Shown here: positions 24,774 to 34,840 of the stretch, in pieces
Layout: each line of letters starts with the position of its first letter
Numbering within the stretch: the stretch's first letter is position 1
Assembly: GCA_005792205.1 (NCBI GenBank)
Contig: SXSO01000138.1
Location: 1 to 36,575 of the forward strand
Direction of reading: 5' to 3'
DNA length: 36,575 nt
DNA from: Bacteroidota bacterium
GTDB taxonomy: Bacteria > Bacteroidota > Ignavibacteria > UBA10030 > F1-140-MAGs086
The notes under the pieces: generated by a model
The model's database searches: none
Told to the model about the DNA's origin: nothing
The model's input: only the letters and a program-made list of their open reading frames with translations
Program-made: the position numbers and the translations under genes

Positions 24774-26552
24774 ATGAATTTACAAATTAGAAATAGAGAA
24801 AACATAATTGCAATTTCAATTTCAGTTTTTGCATTTGTGATTTATTTTTTTACAGCATCAAGAACGGTTTCATTTATTGATGCAGGAGAACTTGCAACGG
24901 TTTCTCTCACTCTTGGAATTGCTCATCCAACAGGTTATCCACTATTTACAATTTTAGGAAATTTGTGGAGCAAACTTCCATTAGGAATTTCAAAAATTTT
25001 TCAACTCAATTTATTATCGTCTTTGTTATGTTCATTGAGTTTATTTTTCTTTTTCAAATTTTTGATTTTTATTTTCAAAAACAATTTTAAAGTTAAAAAT
25101 GAAACCATCCTAATTTTTTCGGCAACAATTTCAACGTTGCTTCTTGCGTTTTCAGAAACGTTTTGGCAACAATCTATTATTATTGAAGTTTATTCACTTC
25201 ATATTTTATTTATTTCCATTTTGCTTTTTCAATTTGTAAAATTTATTTCTACGAAAAAATTGCATGATGGAATTTTATTTGCATTTTTTTTGGGACTTAG
25301 TTTTGCAAATCATTTGACGACAATTTTATTTGCTCCTGCATTTTTATTTTTATTTTTTAAAACATTTGGATTTAATAAAAATTCATTTCAAAAAATTTTG
25401 TGGTTTATAATTCCATTTGTAATTGGACTTTCTGTTTATGTTTATCTTCCACTACAAGCAAAAAATTCTCCAACGTATAATTGGGGAAATCCAATTGATT
25501 GGGAAAAATTTTTACGACATACAAGTGGAAAACAATATCGCGGTTGGTTTTTTTCTTCAATTGAGACAATGAAAATTCAACTTAAATATTTTTTCTCTGA
25601 TTTGCTAAAAGAATTTTCTTACGTGTCAATTCCTATTGTATTTATTGGTGTTTTTCAGTTATTAAAAAAATCAAAGTCAATTTTTATTTTTGTTTTACTC
25701 TTATTTTTATTTTGTATTTTTTACTCTTCAAATTACGATATTCATGATATTGATTCATATTTTTTGTTTGCATATTTTTCAATTGCAATTTTATTTTTTT
25801 TCGGAACGCAATTTCTTTTGGAAAAAAATTATTCCAATTTAAAAATTGCAATTTTTTCTGTAATTGGAATCGTTCCACTTTTTGCGAATTATCTAAATGT
25901 GGATGAAAGTAAAAATTTTGCTGCGGAAGATTATACAAAAAATATTTTTTCTTCAGTTGAAAAAAATGCAATTATTATTTCGTATCAATGGGATTTTTTT
26001 GTTTCACCATCTTATTATTTTCAAGAGATTGAAAATTTGCGAAAAGATGTTATTGTCATTGATAAAGAACTACTTCGTCGTTCATGGTATTTTAATTATC
26101 TCAAAAAAAAATATCCAGAAGTTGTAAAAAAATCTCAAAAAGAAATTGACGATTTTTTAGAATCTCTAAAACCATTTGAAAATGATTTACCTTTTGATGG
26201 AAATTATATTGAACAATTTTATCAGAAACTTATCACAAGTTTTATTGAAAAAAATATTGACGAAAAACCAATTTATATTTCTCCGGAAATTGAAAAAGAA
26301 TATGTAAAAAACTATATTTTAATCCCATCGGGATTGGTGTTTAGAGTGTTTAAATCTCCGAATGAAATTACTTTTACTCCGAAATTTTTTGAGTTTCGTC
26401 CAATAGAAAATAAAGGACGTTTGACAAATTCAATTTTACAGTTTTATTCAAAGAGTTATAAAAATCAAGCAAAATTTTCTTCACAAATTGGAGACACAAT
26501 AAATACAAAAAAGTTTTTAGAAAAATTAAATGAAATAGAAACGATTGAATAA
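24774..26552 (+). CDS. DUF2723 / TMEM260-like polytopic membrane protein (putative GT-C glycosyltransferase)
   Basis: DAGELA..LGIAHPTGYPLF, FWQQSIIIEVYSL, ANHLT, NWGNP; many transmembrane helices. ATG at 24774 is preferred to the GTG at 24747. Confidence 0.85.
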   Translation: MNLQIRNRENIIAISISVFAFVIYFFTASRTVSFIDAGELATVSLTLGIAHPTGYPLFTILGNLWSKLPLGISKIFQLNLLSSLLCSLSLFFFFKFLIFIFKNNFKVKNETILIFSATISTLLLAFSETFWQQSIIIEVYSLHILFISILLFQFVKFISTKKLHDGILFAFFLGLSFANHLTTILFAPAFLFLFFKTFGFNKNSFQKILWFIIPFVIGLSVYVYLPLQAKNSPTYNWGNPIDWEKFLRHTSGKQYRGWFFSSIETMKIQLKYFFSDLLKEFSYVSIPIVFIGVFQLLKKSKSIFIFVLLLFLFCIFYSSNYDIHDIDSYFLFAYFSIAILFFFGTQFLLEKNYSNLKIAIFSVIGIVPLFANYLNVDESKNFAAEDYTKNIFSSVEKNAIIISYQWDFFVSPSYYFQEIENLRKDVIVIDKELLRRSWYFNYLKKKYPEVVKKSQKEIDDFLESLKPFENDLPFDGNYIEQFYQKLITSFIEKNIDEKPIYISPEIEKEYVKNYILIPSGLVFRVFKSPNEITFTPKFFEFRPIENKGRLTNSILQFYSKSYKNQAKFSSQIGDTINTKKFLEKLNEIETIE

Positions 26553-26593
26553 TAATAAAAACTTTTTCCAATTTACCTTGTAAATATTGTGTG

Positions 26594-26815
26594 AAAACGA
26601 CTTTACATGATGTAAAAACCACTTTACCTATTAGGTAAATGACTTTTTATGACATGTAAACTACTTTACATGTCAAGTAAACGACTTTTTATATCATAAA
26701 CGGTGTATTTTATGCCATGTAAACCACTTTTTATGTCAAGTACATCACTTTTTGTGTCATAAAATTGACTTTTTGTATAGTAAAAAGTGGTTTTTTGAAC
26801 CGAAACGGGATTTTT
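26594..26815 (+). repeat. Degenerate 21-bp tandem array (9 units) ending in AACCGAAACGGGATTTTTT, copy R5
   Basis: ACTTT recurs at 26600, 26621, 26642, 26663, 26684, (26705 degenerate), 26726, 26747 and 26768; consensus approximately TAAACSACTTTWYATGTCAWG. Confidence 0.9.
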
Positions 26816-26866
26816 TTATATTAAATAAATGATATTTTTTCTCATCTTTAAAAAATTTTTTTTGAG

Positions 26867-27763
26867 TTGATTTACATTTTTTTGTCAATTTTTTTATTTC
26901 TAATTTTATTTTCAATCATTGCCTATTTGATTGGAAAGAAAAAACTTATTTATCCACATCGCACAACTTTCACATATTACAAAAAAAATAATAAACCATA
27001 TCATCCGTCTCATTTAAATCTTCCATATGAAGAAATTGATTTTGAGTTGGAAAAAAATCTCAACACCAAAATTTGGTTGATAAAAAATCCCAATTCAAAA
27101 AAAATTGTGATTTATCTTCACGGAGTTGAAGAGAGTAAATTATTTGGTTTGCCGTATGCAAAATTTTTATATGAAAATAATTTCAATGTTGTGTTATTTG
27201 ATTTTAGAAGACACGGAAATAGCAACGGAAAATTTTGCACATATGGGTTTTATGAAAAATATGATGTGAAAAAAATTATTGATTTTATTTTGCAAAGAAA
27301 TGATTTTCAAAATAAAAAAATTGCGTTGATGGGAATTTCAATGGGAGCAGCAATTGCAATTCAAACTGCTGTAATTGATGATAGAATTAGTTGTATGATT
27401 GCAGAAAATTCTTTTACAACTTTAAGAAAAATTTTTGATGATTATCAAAGAAGAATTATCAAACTTCCATTTCATTATTTGAGAAATTTAGTTTTTTCTC
27501 GTTGTGAAAAAATAGCAAACTTTAACTCAAAACAAATTTCTCCAATTGAGGATATTACAAATCTCAAAATTCCAATTTTATTTATCGCAAGTCAAAGTGA
27601 TGATAGAATTGCACCAAAATATTCTGAAGAGTTGTATGAAAAAGCAACTTGTGAAAAAGAAATTTTACGAATTGAAAATGCAAATCACATAAATGCAATT
27701 GATGTTGAAAAAGAAAAATATATTTCAACTGTCATTTCTTTTTTAGATAAAAACTTAAAATAA
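26867..27763 (+). CDS. Alpha/beta hydrolase with N-terminal membrane anchor
   Basis: YLHG, FDFRRHGNSNG, GISMGAA nucleophile elbow, D (SDDRI) and H (ANH). TTG start. Confidence 0.9.
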   Translation: MIYIFLSIFLFLILFSIIAYLIGKKKLIYPHRTTFTYYKKNNKPYHPSHLNLPYEEIDFELEKNLNTKIWLIKNPNSKKIVIYLHGVEESKLFGLPYAKFLYENNFNVVLFDFRRHGNSNGKFCTYGFYEKYDVKKIIDFILQRNDFQNKKIALMGISMGAAIAIQTAVIDDRISCMIAENSFTTLRKIFDDYQRRIIKLPFHYLRNLVFSRCEKIANFNSKQISPIEDITNLKIPILFIASQSDDRIAPKYSEELYEKATCEKEILRIENANHINAIDVEKEKYISTVISFLDKNLK

Positions 27764-27767
27764 ATTT

Positions 27768-28655
27768 TTATAATTGTTTTTCTGCGTGATAACTGCTTCG
27801 CGTAAAAGGAGAACTTTCCACATGTTTAAAACCAAGTTCGGTTCCAATTTTTTTCCACTTAATAAATTCATCTGGGATTACATATCTTTCAACTGGCAAA
27901 TGGTTTTTTGTTGGTTGAAGATATTGTCCAAGTGTTAAAATATCACAATCAACTTTTCTTAAATCTTTCATTACTTCAAAAATTTCATTTTCTTTTTCAC
28001 CGAGTCCAAGCATCATTCCCGTTTTTGTTTTAAAACCCTTTTGTTTTGCTCTTTGAAGAAGTTGGATTGTCCAATTATATTTTCCTTGCGGTCGAACTTT
28101 TTTATAAAGCCGTGGAACAGTTTCTACATTATGATTTAGAATATCGGGAAACGCATCCAACACATTATTCAAAGCAAATTCTTCTCCTTTAAAATCTGGA
28201 ATTAAAACTTCAATTGTTGTATTTGGATTTTGATTTCGCACTTCACGAATTGTTTCAGCAAAAATCATTGAACCACCATCATATAATTCATCACGATTTA
28301 CAGATGTAATTACTGCGTGTTTTATTTTCATCATATGAATTGCTTTTGCAACTCGTTTTGGTTCATCTACATCAAGTTCAGTTGGCATTCCAGTTTTCAC
28401 ATTACAAAATCCACAACTTCTTGTGCAAACATCTCCCAATATCATAAATGTTGCAGTTCCTGCGTTCCAACATTCAGCAATATTTGGACATCTTGCTTCT
28501 TCACAAACTGTGTGAAGAGAATTTTTTTCAATTACATTTTTTAGAAAAGAATAATTTTCTCCAGATGGAATTTTTGCTTTCAACCAGTTTGGACGCGAAG
28601 AAGTTTTTATTTCAGAGATTTTTTCTGAATCTATTTCAGCAATTACAAATGACAT
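27768..28655 (-). CDS. lipA: Lipoyl synthase
   Basis: CEEARCPNIAEC, CTRSCGFC, C-terminal RSSY. Confidence 0.98.
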   Translation of the reverse strand: MSFVIAEIDSEKISEIKTSSRPNWLKAKIPSGENYSFLKNVIEKNSLHTVCEEARCPNIAECWNAGTATFMILGDVCTRSCGFCNVKTGMPTELDVDEPKRVAKAIHMMKIKHAVITSVNRDELYDGGSMIFAETIREVRNQNPNTTIEVLIPDFKGEEFALNNVLDAFPDILNHNVETVPRLYKKVRPQGKYNWTIQLLQRAKQKGFKTKTGMMLGLGEKENEIFEVMKDLRKVDCDILTLGQYLQPTKNHLPVERYVIPDEFIKWKKIGTELGFKHVESSPFTRSSYHAEKQL

Positions 28656-28657
28656 AA

Positions 28658-29968
28658 TTAAATTGCGTTTTTGAAATTAAAATTTTCAATGTTGCGAATA
28701 ACTGACATTAAAAATTGCCCTCCAATTGCTCCATCAATTATGCGATGATCAAATGAAAGTGTAAAATATGAAATTGAACGAATCGCAATTGCATCATTGA
28801 TTACAACTGGTTGTTTTTTAATTGCACCAGTTCCAAGTATTGCAACTTGTGGTTGATTTATTATTGGCATTCCAATTATATTTCCAAATACTCCATAGTT
28901 TGAAATTGTAAAAGTTCCATTTTCAATATCACTCATTTGAAGTTTTTTAGTTCGTGTTTTGAGTGCTAAATCATTGATGTTTCTTGCGATTCCTAAAAAG
29001 TTTTTTTCTTCTGCATTTTTTATTACAGGAACAATAAGACCTTGTTCACTTGCAACAGCAATTCCAAGATTGATAAATTTTTTGAGAATTATTTTATCAC
29101 CCTCAACTGATGAATTTACAATTGGAAATTCTTTCAATGCTTGCACAATAGCATTTGCAATGAAAGGCATAAATGTAAGTTTAAAACCCTCTTGTTTTTC
29201 AAATTCAATTGCATTTATTTCACGGAATTTTGCAATCTCAGTAAAATCGCAAGTGTGAATTGCTTGAACATGTGGTGATGTTTGAACGCTTTTTACCATA
29301 TGTTCAGCCATTTTTTGAAGAACATTTGACATTTGAAGAATTTCATATTGTGGTTGTGGATATTTTTTTATGAGTTCTCCACTATCAACATGTTTTAAAG
29401 TTGTTTCAATTTTTTGTGTAGATAAAGAAGAGGAAATTGTTGAAGAAACTTTTCCATGTTTTTTTGCTTCCACATACGCAAGAATATCTTTTTTAGAAAC
29501 TCTTCCATTTTCTCCCGTTCCTGCAATTTGTTCTAATTCACTCATTGAAATATTTTCTGTTCGTGCTATGTTTAAAACAAGTGGAGAATAAAATCTTCCC
29601 GGTTGTGGTTTTTCAAGTTTTTGAACTGGAGAAGAAACAGAAATTGGTTTTTCAATTTCTATTTTTGTTTCAACTTGTTTTACTTCTTCTTTTTTTTGTG
29701 GAATATCTTTTTGAGATACGTTGCTTGCATCTGTTTCAATTTCAGCAATTATAGTTTTAATTGGAACAGTTTTTCCTTCTTCAAAATAAATTTTTGAAAC
29801 AACTCCACTTGTTGATGATGGAATTTCTGAATCTACTTTATCAGTTGAAATTTCAAGTAGTGTTTCATCTTTCTTGATTGTGTCACCAACTTTTTTATTC
29901 CACTTTATAATTGTGCCTTCGGTTAAACTTTCGCCAAGTTGTGGCATTGGGATTTCTATTTTTGCCAT
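28658..29968 (-). CDS. Dihydrolipoamide acyltransferase (E2) of a 2-oxoacid dehydrogenase
   Basis: One lipoyl domain (ISTDKVDSE), E1/E3-binding domain (SPLV..GTGENGRVSKKD), catalytic FDHRIIDG. Confidence 0.95.
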   Translation of the reverse strand: MAKIEIPMPQLGESLTEGTIIKWNKKVGDTIKKDETLLEISTDKVDSEIPSSTSGVVSKIYFEEGKTVPIKTIIAEIETDASNVSQKDIPQKKEEVKQVETKIEIEKPISVSSPVQKLEKPQPGRFYSPLVLNIARTENISMSELEQIAGTGENGRVSKKDILAYVEAKKHGKVSSTISSSLSTQKIETTLKHVDSGELIKKYPQPQYEILQMSNVLQKMAEHMVKSVQTSPHVQAIHTCDFTEIAKFREINAIEFEKQEGFKLTFMPFIANAIVQALKEFPIVNSSVEGDKIILKKFINLGIAVASEQGLIVPVIKNAEEKNFLGIARNINDLALKTRTKKLQMSDIENGTFTISNYGVFGNIIGMPIINQPQVAILGTGAIKKQPVVINDAIAIRSISYFTLSFDHRIIDGAIGGQFLMSVIRNIENFNFKNAI

Positions 29969-30054
29969 AAGATTTTTTTTATTTAAATATTTTAAAACTT
30001 TATCAATTTACAAATTATTTTATGCTTGAAATATTTTACTTTTTAGAAATGGAT

Positions 30055-31029
30055 TTAATATTTTGCTAAACTTTTTAATGCACTTAAAACTTTTTTTGTA
30101 TTTGGAAGAAAATGGTCTTCCAATGTTGGAGCAAACGGAATTGGAGTATCAGGTGATGCAATGCGTTTGATTGGAGCATCTAAAAACTCAAAACAATTAT
30201 CTGAAATCAATGCTGCAATTTCACCTCCAATTCCTCCAGTTAAAGTATCTTCGTGAACGATTAAAATTTTTCCCGTTTTTTTCACAGAAGAAAAAATTGC
30301 TTCTTTATCAATTGGAATTAAACTTCGCAAATCCAAAACTTCTACATCAATATTTTCTTCTTCTAAAATTTTTGCTGCTTCCAAACTCCAATGAACTCCC
30401 GTTCCATAAGTAATAATTGAAATATCATTTCCATTGCGTTTGATATCGGCTTTTCCAATTTCAACAGTGTAATCATTAGTTGGAACTTCACCTTTAATTC
30501 TGCGATATAGAAATTTACTTTCAAAATACAATATAGGATTATTGTCGCGAATTGCTGATTTCAAAAGTCCTTTCGCGTCATATGGAGTTGATGGAGCAAC
30601 AAGTTTTAATCCCGGAATATGAAAAAACCATGCTTCAGGATTTATAGAATGATATGGACCTCCATGAATTCCACCACCACTTGGAAGTCGCACAACCATT
30701 GGAACAGGAATATTACATCTCCAAAAAATTTTTGCAGAATTATTCACAAGTTGATTGAAACCATTTGAAACAAAATCGGCAAATTGAATTTCAGCAATAG
30801 GACGCATTCCCATCATTGCAGCACCAGTTGCAGCACCAATTATTGCATTTTCCGCAAGCACAGTATCTATTACTCGCTCTTCGCCAAAGTGTTCGTGAAA
30901 ACCTTTTGTAACTTTAAACGCACCACCATATTTCCCAATGTCTTCTCCTAAAAGAAAGACATTTTTATCTCGTTCCATTTCTTCCCAAAGTGCTTCAGAA
31001 ATTGCTTCTATGTAAGTTAAAGTTTTCAA
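30055..31029 (-). CDS. 2-oxoacid dehydrogenase E1 beta subunit
   Basis: LGEDIGKYGGAF, EIQFADF, GGPYHS, DLRSL, VHED. TTG start. Confidence 0.95.
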   Translation of the reverse strand: MKTLTYIEAISEALWEEMERDKNVFLLGEDIGKYGGAFKVTKGFHEHFGEERVIDTVLAENAIIGAATGAAMMGMRPIAEIQFADFVSNGFNQLVNNSAKIFWRCNIPVPMVVRLPSGGGIHGGPYHSINPEAWFFHIPGLKLVAPSTPYDAKGLLKSAIRDNNPILYFESKFLYRRIKGEVPTNDYTVEIGKADIKRNGNDISIITYGTGVHWSLEAAKILEEENIDVEVLDLRSLIPIDKEAIFSSVKKTGKILIVHEDTLTGGIGGEIAALISDNCFEFLDAPIKRIASPDTPIPFAPTLEDHFLPNTKKVLSALKSLAKY

Positions 31030-31055
31030 AGTGGATTTATTTTAAAAATTTATTT

Positions 31056-32072
31056 TCATTCTGCAAAAACTTTTTCATTCGCATCTTCCCAAACTGGAAA
31101 TGGTGAATTTAAAGCAACATCACTTGCTTCATCTAATTGCCTTTGTATTTCACTTAAAATTTCGTTTTTCTTTTTATCGCTTAAAATTTTTTCCGCAAAA
31201 AGTTTTTTTTCATAAACTACAATCGGATCTTTTTTCTTCCAATAATCCATTAACTTTTTTGGAACATACGAAGCATCATCGTGAATTGCGTGTCCTTGCA
31301 TTCGCATTGTAACACTTTCAATCAGTGTTGGTCCATTTCCTTTGCGAGCATTTTCAACAGCATCTTTTGTGGTTTTATATACAAGTTCAACATCTGTTCC
31401 ATCAATTGTAATTCCATTGATTCCATAGCCAATTGCTCTATCGGAAAGTTTTTCTACAATAAATTGTTTTGATATATGAGTTGAATATGCATATTGATTA
31501 TTTTCTATTATTAAAATAAGTGGAAGTTTCATAACGGAAGCCATTACAAGTGCTTCGTGAAAATCACCAATACTTGAACCACCATCTCCAATATAATTTA
31601 AAACAACGGATTTTTCTTTCTTCATTTTGCTTGCAAGTGCAACTCCATTTGCAAGTGGAATCATTGCTCCAAGCGGAGATATGTTTCCAAAAATTTTTAA
31701 CTTCATATCAGCATAATGTCCAGTTCCATCATGTCCTCTTGCGGGAGATTGGGATTTTCCCAAATAGTTTAACATCAAGTTTTTCACCGATTGACCTTTT
31801 ACAAAATGTGCTCCAATATCGCGATGCATTGGAAAAAGGTAATCGTTTTTTTCTAATGCAAACGCACTTCCAATTGCAGTTGCTTCGTTTCCTTCACTGC
31901 TGTATGCACCACCAACAACTTTTCCTTGACGATAAAGTTTGAAAACCGTTTCTTCAAATTTTCTCATCAATTGCATATGATAATAAAATTGCAATTTCAT
32001 ATTTGAAGAAATATGATTATTCTTTTTTATCAAATATGTTTTAGAAATTTTTTTTGTGGTTTTATTTTTCAA
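31056..32072 (-). CDS. 2-oxoacid dehydrogenase E1 alpha subunit
   Basis: TPP motif GDG..ENNQYA; RMQGHAIHDD. Start uncertain (TTG 32072 or a downstream ATG). Confidence 0.93.
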   Translation of the reverse strand: MKNKTTKKISKTYLIKKNNHISSNMKLQFYYHMQLMRKFEETVFKLYRQGKVVGGAYSSEGNEATAIGSAFALEKNDYLFPMHRDIGAHFVKGQSVKNLMLNYLGKSQSPARGHDGTGHYADMKLKIFGNISPLGAMIPLANGVALASKMKKEKSVVLNYIGDGGSSIGDFHEALVMASVMKLPLILIIENNQYAYSTHISKQFIVEKLSDRAIGYGINGITIDGTDVELVYKTTKDAVENARKGNGPTLIESVTMRMQGHAIHDDASYVPKKLMDYWKKKDPIVVYEKKLFAEKILSDKKKNEILSEIQRQLDEASDVALNSPFPVWEDANEKVFAE

Positions 32073-32096
32073 CTTATTTTTCTTCTGAAAATTAAA

Positions 32097-34139
32097 TCAA
32101 TACTTTGCCAATTTTTCCAAAGCATTTAAAATATCTTGTGTTTGTGGAAGTATTGCCATTTCAATTGATGGAGCATATGGAACGGGAGAATCTTTTGCTG
32201 CTACACGAAGAATTGGTCCATCAAGATATTCAAATGCTTCACTTGAAATAATTGCTGCAAGTTCGCCACCAAATCCACTAAATAAAGTGTCTTCATGTGC
32301 AATTAAAATTTTTCCCGTTTTCTTTGCGGAATTTAAAATTGTATCATAATCAAGTGGATTTAAAGTTCGCAAATCAATAACTTCTACACTCACTCCTTTT
32401 TCTTCCATTGTTCTTGCTGCTTCAAGTGAACGTTGAACCATAATTCCATAAGTTAAAATTGTAATATCATCTCCAACTTTGCGAACTTTTGCAATTCCAA
32501 ATGGAAGAAGATAATTTTCATCTGGTTCAGGAGTTGCTGCAAAATTTTGGCGATACATTCCTTTGTGTTCTAAAAACATTACAGGATCGTCACATCTAAT
32601 TGCATATTTTAAAAGTCCTTTTGCATCGCTTGCTGTTGATGGAAATACAACACGAAGTCCCGGAATGTGTGTGAAGAAATTTTCAATAGATTGACTATGA
32701 TACACTCCTCCGTGAATATAACCTCCAACTGCAACACGAATCACAAGTGGACAATTCCAACTTCCATTTGAACGATAATGAAATGTAGAAATTTCATTTC
32801 TAATTTGCATAAATGCTGGCCAAATGTAATCACCAAATTGAATTTCAACAACGGGTTTAAAATCGCCACGAAGTGCAAGTCCCATTGCAAGTCCCGCAAT
32901 ACTTGCTTCTGCAATTGGAGAATTGAAAACTCTATCTTCTCCAAATTGTTTTGTAAGACCTCTTGTTGCTGTAAAAACGCCACCTTTATCACCTGCAACA
33001 TCTTCTCCAAAAATTAGCATTTTAGGATTATGTTTTAATTCTTCTGCAAGTGCGTGATTTATTGCATCCACAAGCACTATATTATTTCCTTTATGTTCAG
33101 GTTCAACAAAATTATCTTTTGAAACAATTTCATTTGAAGAATAAACATAAAGTTCGCAAGTTTCTTGTGATGGTTCAGAAGCGGTTTCTGCATAATAAGC
33201 AGATGAATTTACTTCTTCAATAACTTCTTCTTTTATTTTTTGAATTGTTTTTTCATTTGCAATTTTATTTTTCAAAAGAAAATTTTCAAAAATTGGAATT
33301 GGATCTTTCTTTTTGTCTTCTTCAATTTCTTCTTGCTTTCTATATTTTTTGTGATCATCAGAAGATGAGTGTGGAAGCAAACGAACGCAATCACTCCAAA
33401 TGAGAACAGGACCTTCTCCATTTCTTAGTTTTTTTGTAGCATCAAGTGCAATATCATATGTATTAAAAAAATCAACTCCATTTGCGTGATAACGATTTAA
33501 ACCTTTATATCCTTCTGTGAGAGTGTAAATTGAACCCGTTGTAACTTGTTCGTGAAGTGGAACTGAAATTGCAAATCTATTATTTTGAATGTGAAATAAA
33601 ACTGGAAGTTTATCTCGTGTTGACCAATTTAATGCTTCCCAAAATTCACCTTCACTTGTTGTTCCTTCTCCCGATGAAACATATACAATTTCTTTACTCG
33701 TATTTTTCTTTGCTCCCATTGCTGTTCCAACTGCTTCAAGAAATTGAGTTCCCGTACAACTTGATTGTGATGGAATGCGAAGATGTTTTGAACTGTAATG
33801 ACACGGCATCATTCTTCCTCCATGATTTGGATCTTCTGCACGATGAAGTGCTGAAAGCAAAATATCTTTTGAAGTGAGACCAAGTGAAAGAGATAAACTT
33901 AAATCTCTATAATAAGGAAATGCCCAATCAACAGTTGGTTTTAAAGTCATTCCAACGGCAATTTGTGCTGCTTCATGTCCTGGAGCACCAATATGAAAAA
34001 ATTGTTTTCCTTGTTTAGTATAGATAAGTTGTTTTTCATCTAACTTTCTCGAAACCAACATCAGACGAAATATTTTTAACAATTCTTTTTCATTTAATCC
34101 ACTGAATGGATTTTTTGCAGAAATTTTTTTTGATGACAT
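32097..34139 (-). CDS. Fused E1 alpha-beta 2-oxoacid (probably branched-chain) dehydrogenase
   Basis: Alpha part with FPYYRD, GEG..QNNRFAIS and RLLPHSSSDD; beta part with GEDVA..GGVF, EIQFGDY and YHSQ. Confidence 0.95.
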   Translation of the reverse strand: MSSKKISAKNPFSGLNEKELLKIFRLMLVSRKLDEKQLIYTKQGKQFFHIGAPGHEAAQIAVGMTLKPTVDWAFPYYRDLSLSLSLGLTSKDILLSALHRAEDPNHGGRMMPCHYSSKHLRIPSQSSCTGTQFLEAVGTAMGAKKNTSKEIVYVSSGEGTTSEGEFWEALNWSTRDKLPVLFHIQNNRFAISVPLHEQVTTGSIYTLTEGYKGLNRYHANGVDFFNTYDIALDATKKLRNGEGPVLIWSDCVRLLPHSSSDDHKKYRKQEEIEEDKKKDPIPIFENFLLKNKIANEKTIQKIKEEVIEEVNSSAYYAETASEPSQETCELYVYSSNEIVSKDNFVEPEHKGNNIVLVDAINHALAEELKHNPKMLIFGEDVAGDKGGVFTATRGLTKQFGEDRVFNSPIAEASIAGLAMGLALRGDFKPVVEIQFGDYIWPAFMQIRNEISTFHYRSNGSWNCPLVIRVAVGGYIHGGVYHSQSIENFFTHIPGLRVVFPSTASDAKGLLKYAIRCDDPVMFLEHKGMYRQNFAATPEPDENYLLPFGIAKVRKVGDDITILTYGIMVQRSLEAARTMEEKGVSVEVIDLRTLNPLDYDTILNSAKKTGKILIAHEDTLFSGFGGELAAIISSEAFEYLDGPILRVAAKDSPVPYAPSIEMAILPQTQDILNALEKLAKY

Positions 34140-34840
34140 TATGTTAATTGTAATTTGTTATTTAATCTTCCTATAAATTCTTCTTTTATTTCTTCTATTT
34201 TTACATTGAAAACTCGACTAAAATTTTCCACTAATTTTTTTTGAACTTCACTTAAATTTATTTTTTTGTTCAAAACTTTTTCTATTGAAGTTACTCCTTT
34301 GTGAAAAATTCCACACGGAATAATTTTTTCAAAATGATTCAAATTTGTATTTACATTTAAAGCAAATCCATGCATTGTTATCCAACTTTTTACTTTAATT
34401 CCAATTGCAGCAATTTTATTTCCTTCAACCCAAACACCTGTAAAATCACTATCTTTTTTTCCTTGTATATCAAAATATTTCAAAGTCAAAATTATTACTT
34501 CTTCAATATCTCGAAGATATTTATGAATATCCAAATAATAATTTTCTAAATTTAAAATTGGATAACCTACAATTTGTCCAATTCCATGAAATGTTATATC
34601 ACCACCTCTATCAATATTGTAAGTATTTATTCCATCAATTTTTAGTTCACTTTCATTTGCAAGAAGATGCGTTTCACTTCCATTTCTCCCAATTGTATAA
34701 ACACTATTGTGTTCAGTTAAAATTAGAACATCTTCAATTTGATTTTCTTTGCGAAGAGAAAAAATTTCTTTTTGTAAATTCCAAATATCATAAAAATCTG
34801 TTATACCAAGTGAAAGTAATTTTACAGTTTTACTTTTCAT
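34139..34840 (-). CDS. lipB: Lipoyl(octanoyl) transferase
   Basis: EHNSVYTIGR, DRGGDITFHG, KIAAIG, HGFALN, IIPCGI. The ATG overlaps the lpdA TGA. Confidence 0.97.
   Translation of the reverse strand: MKSKTVKLLSLGITDFYDIWNLQKEIFSLRKENQIEDVLILTEHNSVYTIGRNGSETHLLANESELKIDGINTYNIDRGGDITFHGIGQIVGYPILNLENYYLDIHKYLRDIEEVIILTLKYFDIQGKKDSDFTGVWVEGNKIAAIGIKVKSWITMHGFALNVNTNLNHFEKIIPCGIFHKGVTSIEKVLNKKINLSEVQKKLVENFSRVFNVKIEEIKEEFIGRLNNKLQLT

Noticed and set aside
26374-26622. 82-aa minus ORF starting inside the 21-bp array
   Set aside because: Mostly antisense to DUF2723, with no motif support.
26594-26782. CRISPR array
   Set aside because: The period is only 21 bp, units are degenerate throughout, there are no unique spacers between identical repeats, and no cas genes are present.
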